A DNA stretch of 60,204 bases, filler included. It is 3 parts of 3 records of this genome, joined end to end, with 100 filler letters (N's around TTAATTAATTAA, not from the genome) between each part and the next. Parts side by side here need not be neighbours in the genome. Positions count along the whole stretch, not along the records: positions 16,353 to 46,557 come from SRR20825006_381; positions 46,658 to 60,204 come from SRR20825006_388; 1 more part is not named here. The stretch is one strand, 5' to 3'. Made by a program: the position numbers and the translations under genes. Of this stretch, positions 39,275-49,782 are shown piece after piece; the first letter of the stretch is position 1; every line of letters begins with the position of its first letter. A model generated the notes under the pieces. It was not told the origin of the DNA, ran no database searches, and saw only the letters and a program-made list of their open reading frames with translations.

Positions 39275-40002
39275 TGACGATGCCCCTTCCGCGTTATGAG
39301 CAGGTAAAGCGCCATATTATGGACGGCATTGAGGGCGGTGCATATGTGGCGGGCGACAAGTTGCCGAGCGAGAACGAGCTTGTGCGCGCGCTTGGTGTTT
39401 CCCGCATGACCGTGAACCGGGCGCTGAGGGAATTGACGGAAGACGGTCATATCTTGCGGCGCGCGGGCATGGGCAGCTTCGTGGCTGACCGGCGCATGCG
39501 GGGCCATGCGGCTGATATTCTCTCGATCCGGGACGAATTGGCTGCGCGGGGGGAGTTATGGTCCGCCGATAAATTGACCCTTGAAGCGCGTGCCATGCCA
39601 AAGGAGGTCGCTGCCGAGTTTGGCGCCAAAGCGGGTGAGCAGGCTTATTATCTGCTGGTACTGCACCGGGGCGACAAGACCCCCATGGAGCTTGAAGAAC
39701 GCTGGGTGAACCCAAGCATCGCGCCAGAATTGCTGGCGCAGGATTTCACCAAACTTACGCCGACTGATTATTTGCTGGCTGTGGCACCTCTGCTGCGGGC
39801 CGAGCATGTAGTGCGCGCCGTTGCAGCCGACGCGCGCGACGCGAAACTTCTTGAGATAGATCGTGGCAGCCCATGCCTTGAGATTGGCCGCCGCACCTGG
39901 ACGGGGGAGCGGGTCGCAAGTTATGCGCGGCTTCTCTACCCCGGCGATCGTTATGAGCTGACCGCGCGTTTTTCGCCGGTTGGCGCCGCGAACAACACAT
40001 AA
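39271..40002 (+). CDS. hutC: Histidine utilization repressor (GntR/UTRA)
   Basis: GntR HTH LPSENEL...VSRMTVNRALREL plus UTRA domain; inside the hut cluster. Confidence 0.93.
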   Translation: MMTMPLPRYEQVKRHIMDGIEGGAYVAGDKLPSENELVRALGVSRMTVNRALRELTEDGHILRRAGMGSFVADRRMRGHAADILSIRDELAARGELWSADKLTLEARAMPKEVAAEFGAKAGEQAYYLLVLHRGDKTPMELEERWVNPSIAPELLAQDFTKLTPTDYLLAVAPLLRAEHVVRAVAADARDAKLLEIDRGSPCLEIGRRTWTGERVASYARLLYPGDRYELTARFSPVGAANNT

Positions 40003-40030
40003 AAACCTTTGAGTTAGAGGGAAAACGAAG

Positions 40031-41689
40031 ATGAAAAACCGCCCTGATATCCACGCGCCGCACGGTGCCGAGCTGAATTGCAAAAGCTGGGCAACAGAAG
40101 CGCCGATGCGCATGCTGATGAACAACCTGGACCCCATGGTGGCTGAGAACCCTGAGGAACTGGTGGTTTATGGCGGTATCGGCCGCGCGGCGCGCAATTG
40201 GGAGTGTTATGAGAAGATCGTTTCCACGCTCAAAAGCATGGAAGAGGATGAAACGCTTCTGGTGCAATCCGGCAAGCCGGTTGGGGTGTTTAAAACCCAC
40301 AGTGATGCGCCGCGTGTTCTGATCGCTAACTCAAACCTGGTGCCTGCGTGGGCCAACTGGGAGCATTTCGGCGAGTTAGACAAAAAAGGCCTGATGATGT
40401 ACGGCCAGATGACGGCTGGCTCATGGATCTATATCGGCAGCCAGGGCATTGTGCAGGGCACTTATGAGACATTTGTTGAAATGGGGCGCCAGCATTTTGG
40501 TGGCAGCCTTGCAGGCAAGTGGATTTTGACAGCAGGCCTTGGCGGCATGGGCGGCGCACAGCCGCTGGCGGCTACGATGGCGGGCGCAAGCTGCATGGCG
40601 ATTGAGTGCCAGGAAAGCCGCATCGAATACCGGCTGAAAACCGGCTATCTGGACGAGCGTGCCGATACGGTTGAAGAAGCACTTAAGATTATTGAACGCG
40701 CGCACGCGAGCGGCAAAGCCGTTTCCGTCGGGGTGCTTGGCAACGCGGCAGAGATATTGCCGCAGATGGTTGAAAAAGGCATCAAGCCAGACGCGCTGAC
40801 CGACCAGACCTCTGCCCACGACCCGGTAAACGGTTACCTGCCGATTGGCTGGAGCGTTGATGAATGGTTCACGAAGCGAGAGAAAGATCCAGGCGCGGTT
40901 GCGGCAGCGTCCAAACCTTCCATGGCCAGACATGTTGAAGCCATGCTGGCCTATCACGCCATGGGCGTGCCTACGGTTGATTACGGCAACAACATCCGGC
41001 AGGTAGCATTTGATGAAGGCGTGAAAAACGCGTTCGACTTCCCCGGTTTTGTGCCAGCCTACATCCGCCCGCTCTTCTGCCGCGGTGTTGGGCCGTTCCG
41101 CTGGGCAGCGCTCTCAGGCGATCCGGAAGATATCTATAAAACCGACCAGAAGGTGAAGGAGCTTATCCCCGATAACCCACACCTGCATAACTGGCTTGAT
41201 ATGGCGCGGGAGCGTATCCAGTTTCAGGGTTTGCCTGCCCGCATTTGCTGGGTCGGTCTTGGGGACAGGCACCGTCTTGGCCTTGCGTTCAACGAGATGG
41301 TCAAAAACGGTGAGCTGAAAGCCCCTGTGGTGATTGGCCGTGACCATCTGGACAGCGGCTCGGTCGCGAGCCCGAACCGGGAAACGGAATCGATGATGGA
41401 CGGCTCGGACGCCGTATCAGACTGGCCGCTTCTGAATGCGCTTCTGAACACGGCGTCGGGTGCCACCTGGGTGAGCCTGCATCATGGCGGCGGTGTCGGC
41501 ATGGGCTATAGCCAGCACTCCGGCGTGGTGATCCTGTGTGACGGTACAGACGAAGCCGCCAAACGTGTTGGCCGTGTGCTTTGGAATGACCCTGCAACCG
41601 GCGTGATGCGCCATGCGGATGCGGGATATGAAATTGCGCAGGACTGCGCGCGGGATAAAGGCCTCAACCTGCCAATGTTGGCCCGTTAA
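40031..41689 (+). CDS. hutU: Urocanate hydratase
   Basis: Motifs [47 protein letters not shown]. Confidence 0.98.
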   Translation: MKNRPDIHAPHGAELNCKSWATEAPMRMLMNNLDPMVAENPEELVVYGGIGRAARNWECYEKIVSTLKSMEEDETLLVQSGKPVGVFKTHSDAPRVLIANSNLVPAWANWEHFGELDKKGLMMYGQMTAGSWIYIGSQGIVQGTYETFVEMGRQHFGGSLAGKWILTAGLGGMGGAQPLAATMAGASCMAIECQESRIEYRLKTGYLDERADTVEEALKIIERAHASGKAVSVGVLGNAAEILPQMVEKGIKPDALTDQTSAHDPVNGYLPIGWSVDEWFTKREKDPGAVAAASKPSMARHVEAMLAYHAMGVPTVDYGNNIRQVAFDEGVKNAFDFPGFVPAYIRPLFCRGVGPFRWAALSGDPEDIYKTDQKVKELIPDNPHLHNWLDMARERIQFQGLPARICWVGLGDRHRLGLAFNEMVKNGELKAPVVIGRDHLDSGSVASPNRETESMMDGSDAVSDWPLLNALLNTASGATWVSLHHGGGVGMGYSQHSGVVILCDGTDEAAKRVGRVLWNDPATGVMRHADAGYEIAQDCARDKGLNLPMLAR

Positions 41690-41705
41690 GAGAGTAGGGA
41701 CGTTT

Positions 41706-43259
41706 ATGAGTAAGCATCAAATGGTCCGCAAAGCGGGCAACCTGAGCCTTAAAGACCTGAGGCACATTTATGAACAACCAACCGAGCTGACGCTTGACGG
41801 ATCTGACCGCGCGCGGATCGAGGAAGCCCGCAAAACGGTAACCGACCTTATCGCGCGGGGCGACACAGCTTACGGCATCAACACCGGTTTTGGCCTTATG
41901 GCCAATACGCGCATCAAATCCGCAGATGTTGAAAAACTGCAGGAAAATCTGGTGCTGAGCCATGCAACCGGCACAGGTGCCCCGCTGAAGGATGGTGTTG
42001 TGCGGCTTGTGCTGGCGCTTAAGGCCACGTCGCTTGCGCAAGGGCATTCCGGTATTCGCCCAAAGGTGATTGATGTGCTCCTCAAGCTGTTGGCGGCGGA
42101 GGTTTACCCGGTGATACCTGCCAAGGGTTCGGTTGGGGCGTCTGGTGACCTGGCGCCGCTCGCGCATCTTTCGTCCATCCTGCTCGGCTACGGTGAAGTG
42201 AGCCATAACGGCAAAACACTGAGCGCCGTTGAGGGGCTGAAGCTCATCGGGCTTGAGCCCATGGCGCTTGAAGCCAAGGAAGGCCTGGCGCTTCTCAATG
42301 GCACACAGGTTTCAACCGCGCTCGCGCTTTCCGGCCTGTTTGAGATCGAGAATGTGTTCGCCTCAGCCATGATTGCTGGGGCTATGTCGGTAGATGCCAT
42401 GAAAGGTAGCGATGTGCCGTTCGATGCGCGCATTCATGCGGTGCGGCGCCAAAAGGGGCAGATTGATACCGCAGCCATGTACCGTGCGCTGCTTGAAGGT
42501 TCTGAAATTCGCCATAGCCATGACGAGTGCGAGAAGGTGCAGGACCCCTACAGCCTAAGGTGCCAGCCGCAGGTGATGGGTGCGGCGCTTGGCGTGATGC
42601 GGCAGGCGGCGGAAACATTGCTGACGGAAGCAAACGCGGTGACTGATAACCCGCTTATTTTCCCCGATGAAGGTGATATCCTTTCGGGTGGTAACTTCCA
42701 CGCGGAACCAGTTGCCATGGCGGCGGATATGCTGGCGCTGGTGGCCTGTGAAGTTGGCTCAATCTCCGAGCGGCGCACAGCGCTGCTTGTGGACCCCAAG
42801 ATGTCTGGCTTGCCTGCGTTTCTGGTGAAAGACGGCGGGCTTAATTCAGGCTTCATGATCGCGCAGGTAACAACGGCTGCGCTGGTGAGTGAAAACAAAA
42901 CCTACGCGCACCCGGCAAGTGTCGATTCGATCCCCACATCAGCGGGGCAGGAGGATCATGTCTCCATGGCGACCTTCGCGGCACGCAGGCTTCATGATAT
43001 GGCGGAAAACGCTGGTACCGTGATTGCAATTGAACTTCTCTCGGCGGCTCAAGGGGTTGATTTCCATAGGCCGCTGAAATCCAGCGCGGCCCTTGAGGAG
43101 GTTCATGGGCTCATTCGGGAAATGGTGGATTTTTACGAAGAAGACCGTTATTTTGCACCGGATATTGAAGCCGTGCGTCGTCTGGTGGCGGCGGGCTCCC
43201 TCAACCGGTTTGTGGAAACGCTGCTACCTTCGACCCACCTCGGGAGCAAAGTATTTTGA
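41706..43259 (+). CDS. hutH: Histidine ammonia-lyase
   Basis: Motifs [20 protein letters not shown] (MIO-forming ASG), [23 protein letters not shown] at 41706. Confidence 0.97.
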   Translation: MSKHQMVRKAGNLSLKDLRHIYEQPTELTLDGSDRARIEEARKTVTDLIARGDTAYGINTGFGLMANTRIKSADVEKLQENLVLSHATGTGAPLKDGVVRLVLALKATSLAQGHSGIRPKVIDVLLKLLAAEVYPVIPAKGSVGASGDLAPLAHLSSILLGYGEVSHNGKTLSAVEGLKLIGLEPMALEAKEGLALLNGTQVSTALALSGLFEIENVFASAMIAGAMSVDAMKGSDVPFDARIHAVRRQKGQIDTAAMYRALLEGSEIRHSHDECEKVQDPYSLRCQPQVMGAALGVMRQAAETLLTEANAVTDNPLIFPDEGDILSGGNFHAEPVAMAADMLALVACEVGSISERRTALLVDPKMSGLPAFLVKDGGLNSGFMIAQVTTAALVSENKTYAHPASVDSIPTSAGQEDHVSMATFAARRLHDMAENAGTVIAIELLSAAQGVDFHRPLKSSAALEEVHGLIREMVDFYEEDRYFAPDIEAVRRLVAAGSLNRFVETLLPSTHLGSKVF

Positions 43260-44071
43260 GTGACGTTTTCCACCTTGTGAGGGGGCATAGTCCCCTCATC
43301 GTTTCCATGCCCCACAGCGGTGAAGCCCTTGGCCCTTATGCAGAGCGCATGACAGCTGAAGCGCTTGAGATCGCCGATACGGATTGGCATTTGCCCAAGC
43401 TATACAGCTTTCTGGCAGATATTGGCGCGACTGTGATTGCGGCGCAGCATTCCCGCTATGTGATTGACCTCAACCGTGACCCATCCGGCAAAAGCCTTTA
43501 CCCGGGCCAGAACGTGACCGAGCTGTGCCCAACCACAACTTTTGCTGAAGAAGCCATCTATCAGGACGGTGAGAAACCTCATGCGGCTGAGGTGCGGGAC
43601 CGCACGGAAACCTATTGGTACCCGTATCATAACGCTTTGAAGGCGGAGATCGAACGGGTGAAGGCAGAGCACGGCTACGCGCTGTTGTGGGATGCACATT
43701 CTATCCGCTCCCACGTACCACGGTTTTTTGAAGGCCGGTTGCCTGACTTCAATCTGGGCACCAACGAGGGTGCTTCGTGCGATGAGGTGCTTGCGCGCTC
43801 CGTACTGGAGGCAGCGGGTGAGGCACATGCCTATACCAGTGTGCTGAACGGTCGTTTCAAGGGTGGTTATATCACGCGGGTATACGGCGATCCGGCAAAG
43901 CATGTGCACGCGATCCAGCTTGAGCTATCGCAAATCACCTATATGGATGAGAGCTTTCCGTTCAGCTATCGGGAAGAACGCGCCGCCAAGGTGGCAGCCC
44001 CCATCAGGGCAATGATGGAGGCAATGCTGGCGTGGAAACCCGCAGAAGCGCGGCTTAGAGCCAACGCCTGA
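43256..44071 (+). CDS. hutG: N-formylglutamate deformylase
   Basis: Motifs [46 protein letters not shown] start overlapping the hutH stop. Confidence 0.94.
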   Translation: MSDVFHLVRGHSPLIVSMPHSGEALGPYAERMTAEALEIADTDWHLPKLYSFLADIGATVIAAQHSRYVIDLNRDPSGKSLYPGQNVTELCPTTTFAEEAIYQDGEKPHAAEVRDRTETYWYPYHNALKAEIERVKAEHGYALLWDAHSIRSHVPRFFEGRLPDFNLGTNEGASCDEVLARSVLEAAGEAHAYTSVLNGRFKGGYITRVYGDPAKHVHAIQLELSQITYMDESFPFSYREERAAKVAAPIRAMMEAMLAWKPAEARLRANA

Positions 44072-44522
44072 CGCGCACTTTATAAGTAATATACTCATCA
44101 CCAAAGGTATTGGTGAGCATACGTTCTTCGCGGCGGATGAAATAGTGCTGGATAAGCGCGATGAAGACGATGAGCGGCGCAAGCGGCCACCAGCCACCGG
44201 TGAGGGGCCAAAGCCCGACTAGAAACAGGGCCATTGCCAGATACATGGGGTTGCGCGTGTAGCGGTATGCCCCCTCGGTGATCAACTTGTGGGATTCTTC
44301 ACCGGGGAAAAAGGTCGTGCCAGAGGCAATGAAACGGTTCTTCTCGCGAAACGCTAGCCAAAGCGCGAACAGGCACAGTGGCAGGCCATAAAAATGAGCG
44401 AGCGACTGCCCGGTTTCCAGCCTTCCGACAATGTGCATCGCAATGCCTGCAAGGATCATCAGGTGGGGCGGGAATATACGGTAGGGGTTGTCGCGACTTT
44501 TGGTTTTCATGCTCTGGTTCAC
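44055..44522 (-). CDS. Isoprenylcysteine carboxylmethyltransferase / PEMT-like membrane protein
   Basis: Motifs [21 protein letters not shown]...FGDEY...VRRWL. Confidence 0.88.
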   Translation of the reverse strand: MNQSMKTKSRDNPYRIFPPHLMILAGIAMHIVGRLETGQSLAHFYGLPLCLFALWLAFREKNRFIASGTTFFPGEESHKLITEGAYRYTRNPMYLAMALFLVGLWPLTGGWWPLAPLIVFIALIQHYFIRREERMLTNTFGDEYITYKVRVRRWL

Positions 44523-44932
44523 TTTGCGAAAAGCTGGCTTGGGTCTTTGAATGCCTTGAACTCAAGGGCGTTGCCTGCGGGGTCAAGGAAAAACATGGTT
44601 GCCTGTTCCCCCACGTCACCTTCAAAGCGAATGCCGGGCTCGATGACAAATTCAACCTCCGCGGCGGCGAGGCGCGTTGCCAGATCATGCCACGCCTCCC
44701 ATTCCAGCACCACACCATAGTGAAAGCTGGGCACAGCTTCGCCGTCCACGTCGTTGGTGTCTGGCTGGCCCACCGGTGTGCCAAGGTGCACCACAAATTG
44801 ATGGCCGAAGAAGTTGAAATCGATCCACTTGTCAGTTGATCGGCCTTCAGCGCAGCCCATCAAGCCGCCATAAAACGCCCGCGCGGCGGCGAGGTCGTCT
44901 ACCGGTACGGCAAGATGAAAGGGCTGCACCAT
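44519..44932 (-). CDS. VOC (glyoxalase/dioxygenase) family protein
   Basis: Motifs [32 protein letters not shown]. Confidence 0.92.
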   Translation of the reverse strand: MVQPFHLAVPVDDLAAARAFYGGLMGCAEGRSTDKWIDFNFFGHQFVVHLGTPVGQPDTNDVDGEAVPSFHYGVVLEWEAWHDLATRLAAAEVEFVIEPGIRFEGDVGEQATMFFLDPAGNALEFKAFKDPSQLFAK

Positions 44933-44942
44933 CAGGGTTTTC

Positions 44943-46274
44943 CTATTTGCTCATCAGGTCCATAACCGCAATGGTCATGGCTTCAACGCCTGACTTGATT
45001 GCGGGTTCTGGCGCGATTTTGAAGAAGGGGGAGTGGTGACCGGCAACTGCAGGGCCGCCATCTTTTGCCGCGTCCATCCATTCCTCTAATGTACCCCCCA
45101 CATAGAAATAGAAGCCGGGCACGTCTTCGTCCGTCATGGTGAATTCGGAGAAATCCTCTGCGCCCATACCGCGTTGCACATAAGGCAGAAGGCGGTCTTC
45201 ACCCAGTTTCTCCTTGAGCACCTTGTCCAGGCGGGCAGTGAGTTCCTCGTCATTTACTGTAGCGGGCGCGCTTGTCACTGAAAGCTCAACGGTTGGCAAC
45301 ATGTCCTCCGGCAAGCCCGCGACACGACCGGTGTTTTCTGCAATACGCTTGATGCCCGCAAGCAGCTTCTGGCGCACCTCTTCGTCGTTGGAGCGCACGG
45401 TCAGCGTCAGTTTGGCTTCGTCTGAAATAATGTTGTTTTTGGTGCCAGCGTGGAAAGTGCCCACTGTCACCACGCCTGGGTCAAGCGGCGAAATCTCGCG
45501 CGAGACAAGCGTTTGAAGCGCGTTGACGATCTGCGCGCCAATCACAATCGGGTCTTTGCCTTGATGGGGCGATGCGCCGTGGGTGCCAACACCGTGCACG
45601 GTGATGTACACACTGTCTGATGACGAGAACATGATCCCGCTTTTATAAACTACCTTGCCCGCAGGCACGTTGGAAGCCACGTGCAGCGCCAGTGCATAAT
45701 CCGGCGTCCCAAAGCGTTTGTATATGTCGTCGTTGATCATCGCCTTCGCTCCGGAGATTACTTCTTCGGCTGGTTGGCCAACGAGCATCAGGGTACCAGA
45801 CCAATTGTCTTTCATTGCCACGAGGCGCCGCGCGGTGCCAATCAGGCTTGTGATGTGTACGTCATGGCCACAGGCATGCATCACGGGCATTTCATTGCCG
45901 TTCATATCTACCTGAGTGACGGTGGACTGATACTCAAGGTCCGTGTTTTCTTTAATCGGCAGGCCGTCCATATCGGCGCGCACCATAACCAGCGGGCCAT
46001 CACCGTTTTTCATCTTGGCAACAAGGCCCGTGCCCGCCACACCTGTAGTGACATCAAACCCGAGCGATTTCAGCTCATCAGTGATTTTGGCAGCTGTGCG
46101 GGTTTCGCGGAAGGAAAGCTCCGGGTTTTTGTGGAAATCCACAAATAGCTCATGCAGGTAATCATAATCAGCGGCGATATCGCCCTTGAGGTCAGCGGCC
46201 CCGGCGGTCATTGGTGTAGCCATTGGTACGGCTAGCATCATGGCTACAGCTGTAGATAGGCTTCTGAGTGTCAT
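44943..46274 (-). CDS. Exported M20 family amidohydrolase
   Basis: Signal peptide; motifs [37 protein letters not shown]. Confidence 0.92.
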   Translation of the reverse strand: MTLRSLSTAVAMMLAVPMATPMTAGAADLKGDIAADYDYLHELFVDFHKNPELSFRETRTAAKITDELKSLGFDVTTGVAGTGLVAKMKNGDGPLVMVRADMDGLPIKENTDLEYQSTVTQVDMNGNEMPVMHACGHDVHITSLIGTARRLVAMKDNWSGTLMLVGQPAEEVISGAKAMINDDIYKRFGTPDYALALHVASNVPAGKVVYKSGIMFSSSDSVYITVHGVGTHGASPHQGKDPIVIGAQIVNALQTLVSREISPLDPGVVTVGTFHAGTKNNIISDEAKLTLTVRSNDEEVRQKLLAGIKRIAENTGRVAGLPEDMLPTVELSVTSAPATVNDEELTARLDKVLKEKLGEDRLLPYVQRGMGAEDFSEFTMTDEDVPGFYFYVGGTLEEWMDAAKDGGPAVAGHHSPFFKIAPEPAIKSGVEAMTIAVMDLMSK

Positions 46275-46431
46275 TGTGTCCCCTCCCGTGCAGGTTTTGT
46301 CTCGATTGCTTTTGGCAATTCCTGCACAAATACGGCGCTAATGCAATGTGCGGCCGTGCTTTTCTTGCGGTTAAATTCTTTGGCCTAAACCGGGGCGCGT
46401 AAATTTTTTTTATCGCAGTGAGAATGTGTCG

Positions 46432-46460
46432 TTGACTCAAAGGGGCCGCTTCGCTATTCA
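46432..46460 (+). promoter_or_regulatory. sigma70-type promoter of tRNA-Ser
   Basis: TTGACT-N17-TATTCA followed by GC-rich CGGCGGC directly before the tRNA. Confidence 0.65.
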
Positions 46461-46467
46461 CGGCGGC

Positions 46468-46557
46468 GGAGAGGTGGCTGAGTGGTCGAAAGCGCTCCCC
46501 TGCTAAGGGAGTATACTGGCAACGGTATCGAGGGTTCGAATCCCTTCCTCTCCGCCA
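46468..46557 (+). tRNA. tRNA-Ser (anticodon GCT)
   Basis: 90 nt; acceptor stem GGAGAGG/CCTCTCC; anticodon arm CTCCC-CTGCTAA-GGGAG; long variable arm; GGTTCGAATCC; G discriminator plus CCA. Confidence 0.97.
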
Positions 46558-46657
46558 NNNNNNNNNNNNNNNNNNNNNNNNNNNNNNNNNNNNNNNNNNN
46601 NTTAATTAATTAANNNNNNNNNNNNNNNNNNNNNNNNNNNNNNNNNNNNNNNNNNNN
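46558..46657. other. Artificial contig spacer (N44-TTAATTAATTAA-N44)
   Basis: Same 100-nt structure as 16253-16352; base composition shifts across it. Confidence 0.98.
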
Positions 46658-46687
46658 ATCAGGGGGAGGTTAGGTGGGGGTATCCCC

Positions 46688-47116
46688 CTAAACCGGCAGA
46701 TCTTCCAGGTTCAGCGAATCTGCCAGACTGGTCCGGTCGAGCACCGCCCGCGTCGCCAGGGTCACCCGCTCGAACACGTGGCGGATTTCGCAAGATCCCT
46801 CATCCTGGCAGTCGACGCATTTCTTGTAGGCGATCTTGGAGAGGCACGGCAGCGGCGCGATGGGACCATCGATCAGCCGCAGCACTTCGCCATAGGTGAT
46901 TTCCTCGGGCGCCTTGAGCAGTTCATAGCCACCCATGCGGCCCCGGCGGGAATTGACGATGCCGGCGCGTTTGAGCTCAAGCAGGATCTGCTCGAGGAAC
47001 TTCTTCGGGATCGCCTGGTCCTTGGAGATCTCGCCGATCATCCGGCTTTGCCCACGACCGGCCCGCGCCAGCGATACCAGCGCCCGCAAGGCATATTTGG
47101 CCTTTTGCGAAATCAT
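46688..47116 (-). CDS. Rrf2 family transcriptional regulator (Cys-containing)
   Basis: Motifs MISQKAKYALRAL, FLEQILLEL, SRRGRMGGYEL; C-terminal PC-x8-CVDC-x5-C. Confidence 0.93.
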   Translation of the reverse strand: MISQKAKYALRALVSLARAGRGQSRMIGEISKDQAIPKKFLEQILLELKRAGIVNSRRGRMGGYELLKAPEEITYGEVLRLIDGPIAPLPCLSKIAYKKCVDCQDEGSCEIRHVFERVTLATRAVLDRTSLADSLNLEDLPV

Positions 47117-47230
47117 CCATTCCCCCCAAAAGCGTGGCAGGACGGAGCGCAGCATGCTGCCTGCCGCTCACCGACCCGATAGGTTGCCGTGCCCGCACCT
47201 GCACCCGAAATGGACGCGCGCGAGACCGGG

Positions 47231-49543
47231 CTAGTCTTTCTTCTCCGGCTCGACCGGCGGTGCGGCCGCGCCTTCTTCTTCCTCATCAGGCGCCGCGTCC
47301 TCGCGCGCCTCGGTCTCATCCTCTGTCTCGGCGGCCGCGTGTTCATCACCACTGTCCGGAGCCGGCTGCGGCGGGACAATTTCGTCGATGGCGGCAGGCG
47401 CTTCGCCCACCAAAGGTGTGTCGGCAATCGGTTCGATCACGGCCGGCGGAATATCGGCCTCCGGCATTGGCTCTGCGGCAACGACCTCATCCGATGGCTC
47501 AGCCACTGCGTCCACCACCGGCAGTTCGGCCGGCGTTGCCGCGTCCGTACCGGGCTCAGCAGGGCTTGCAGCAACGGCCTCGTCACCCTCCGCTCCAGCC
47601 ACCTCCGGCACCGGTTCGGTATCTTCGCCCTGCTCGCTGATCGCCGCTTCGGTCAGCGCCGCGCCCATGGCCGCATTGGCCAGAATATTCTCGGCAGTGG
47701 GCAATTTGGCTTCGCCGGACAGGTCGCTGCCCGGGCCATTGCCGCTGGCATCGCTGCGCAGATAGGTCAGAATGCCCCGGCCGATCTCCTGCTCGCCGCG
47801 AATGATCGTGGTGGCGCCCAGATTGCGCAGGAAGCTCTCCTCCTCTTCCGAATAAGCTCTGGAGATAATGGCAATGCCCGGATTGAGCTTGCGTCCGCTT
47901 TCGCAGACCGACCCGGCCTCAAAGCCATTGGAAATGGCCACCAGAAGGGCTTTCGCCGCGCCCAGATTGGCGAGCTTGAGCACATCTTCGCTCGCCGCAT
48001 TGCCGAACACCACTTCAAAACCTTCGGCGCGGGCCGCGGCCACGTCGTGATCGGAATCCTCAATGACGACGAGCCCCCCGCCATCGGCCTTGATACCGGC
48101 GGCCACGATGCGCCCCACTTGGCCATAGCCGACCAGCACGGTATGGCCGGTCTGGTGCGAGGGTTCGCCGGTATCGTCATCGGCGCCCGGTGCGCCACGA
48201 TCCACCGCGCCCTCGGACGGCGCGTCTGTGGTCGCCGGACCGTCCGCAGCCATGGATGGCTCCATGCGCGGCTCCGCAGCCGGTGGCTCGACGCCCTTGT
48301 GCCGCGCCACGCGCTGCTCCAACCGCGGCTTGACCAGATCGAGCACGAAGAACACCACCGGATTGAGCACGATGGAAATCAGCGCTCCGGCCAGGATCAG
48401 GTCCTGCCCTTCCGAGGGCAGGATGGCCAGGGCCACGCCCATGCTGGCCAGGATGAAGGAGAATTCACCGATCTGCGCCAGCGAGGCCGAAATGGTCAGC
48501 GCCGTTGAAATCGGTCGCTTGAACAACACCACGATCCAGAACGCGGCCAGCGACTTGCCGATGACGATGATGAACACGGTCGCCAGCACCAGAAGCGGCT
48601 GCGTGACGATGATGGTCGGGTCAAACAGCATGCCGACGGAAACGAAGAACAGCACCGCAAAGGCGTCGCGCAGCGGCAGGGTTTCCTGGGCGGCGCGATG
48701 CGACAACTCGCTTTCGCTCAGGATCATGCCGGCAAAAAAGGCGCCAAGCGCCAGCGACACGCCGAACAACACCGAAGAGCCCAGCGCCACGCCCAGCGCA
48801 ATGGCAAGCACCGCCAGGCGGAACAATTCGCGGCTGCCGGTATGGGCGGTGCCATGCAGGGCCCAGGGAATGACCCTTCGCCCCACCACCAGCATGAAAC
48901 CGACAAAGGCCGCGACCTTGAGCAGGGTCAGGCCCAGAATGCCCCAAATGCCGATCTCAATGCCCAGAAGCCGGGTAACGAAGGACACGAAAGGATCGTG
49001 CAGCCCTTCGCCGCCGCCATTGATGCTGGCAATGGCCGGCACCAGAACCAGCGCCAGCACCATGGCCAGATCTTCCACGATCAGCCAGCCCACCGCGATG
49101 CGGCCGCGCTCGCTTTCGATCAGCCGGCGGTCCTGCAGCGCCTTGAGCAGCACCACGGTGGAGGCCACCGACAGGGCCAGACCGAAAATGATCGAGGCAA
49201 ACAGGCTCCACCCCAGCATCAGCCCCAGACCGGCCCCGAGCGCGGTCGCAAAGCCGATCTGCACCACGGCGCCGGGAATGGCCAGCGCCCGCACGCTCAT
49301 CAGATCCTTGAGGGAGAAATGCAGGCCCACGCCGAACATCAGGAGGATCACCCCCAGTTCGGCCAGCTCCAGAGCCAGTTCCTGATCCGCCACGAAGCCC
49401 GGCGTAAAGGGGCCGACAATGATGCCGGCAAACAGATAGCCCACCAGCGGCGGCATGCGCAGCCGATTGGCCACCATGCCGAAAATATAGGCCAGCACCA
49501 GACCCGCAACGATCGTCGAGATCAGGGGGGTGTCATGGTGCAT
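47231..49543 (-). CDS. YbaL/RosB-like CPA2 cation:proton antiporter with TrkA-N domain and long acidic tail
   Basis: Motifs PPLVGYL, LAELGVILLMFGVGLHFS, SVASTVV, GWLIVED, LAQIGEFSF, VGYGQVG; start at ATG 49543. Confidence 0.92.
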   Translation of the reverse strand: MHHDTPLISTIVAGLVLAYIFGMVANRLRMPPLVGYLFAGIIVGPFTPGFVADQELALELAELGVILLMFGVGLHFSLKDLMSVRALAIPGAVVQIGFATALGAGLGLMLGWSLFASIIFGLALSVASTVVLLKALQDRRLIESERGRIAVGWLIVEDLAMVLALVLVPAIASINGGGEGLHDPFVSFVTRLLGIEIGIWGILGLTLLKVAAFVGFMLVVGRRVIPWALHGTAHTGSRELFRLAVLAIALGVALGSSVLFGVSLALGAFFAGMILSESELSHRAAQETLPLRDAFAVLFFVSVGMLFDPTIIVTQPLLVLATVFIIVIGKSLAAFWIVVLFKRPISTALTISASLAQIGEFSFILASMGVALAILPSEGQDLILAGALISIVLNPVVFFVLDLVKPRLEQRVARHKGVEPPAAEPRMEPSMAADGPATTDAPSEGAVDRGAPGADDDTGEPSHQTGHTVLVGYGQVGRIVAAGIKADGGGLVVIEDSDHDVAAARAEGFEVVFGNAASEDVLKLANLGAAKALLVAISNGFEAGSVCESGRKLNPGIAIISRAYSEEEESFLRNLGATTIIRGEQEIGRGILTYLRSDASGNGPGSDLSGEAKLPTAENILANAAMGAALTEAAISEQGEDTEPVPEVAGAEGDEAVAASPAEPGTDAATPAELPVVDAVAEPSDEVVAAEPMPEADIPPAVIEPIADTPLVGEAPAAIDEIVPPQPAPDSGDEHAAAETEDETEAREDAAPDEEEEGAAAPPVEPEKKD

Positions 49544-49689
49544 TCGCGCCTCCGGCCGGTTCGGGTTATGTCGATCAAAACAATGGGGTATGGCGGCCCA
49601 TGCGCGCAAGCCTTTATGCGCAAAGGCATATGAGCCATTCGCAGCAGGACAGCCACGAAGCTCTATAAATCCGGTCAAGTATGGTGGAA

Positions 49690-49743
49690 CTTTGACTCGG
49701 CCGCAGGCAAAATCGAGCCGGTGGCTCGATTTTAGAGTCAAAG
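49690..49743. repeat. Nested inverted-repeat element
   Basis: Outer arms CTTTGACTC/GAGTCAAAG; inner perfect hairpin AAAATCGAGCC-GGT-GGCTCGATTTT (49709-49733). Confidence 0.75.
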
Positions 49744-49782
49744 GCCTTGAGCCCTATGGGCGAATGGCGGACCCGTGCCCCC

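Noticed and set aside
44055-44071. Convergent 3' overlaps (hutG/ICMT here; yciI/panC at 54452-54472)
   Set aside because: Short tail-to-tail overlaps are common and both partners look intact
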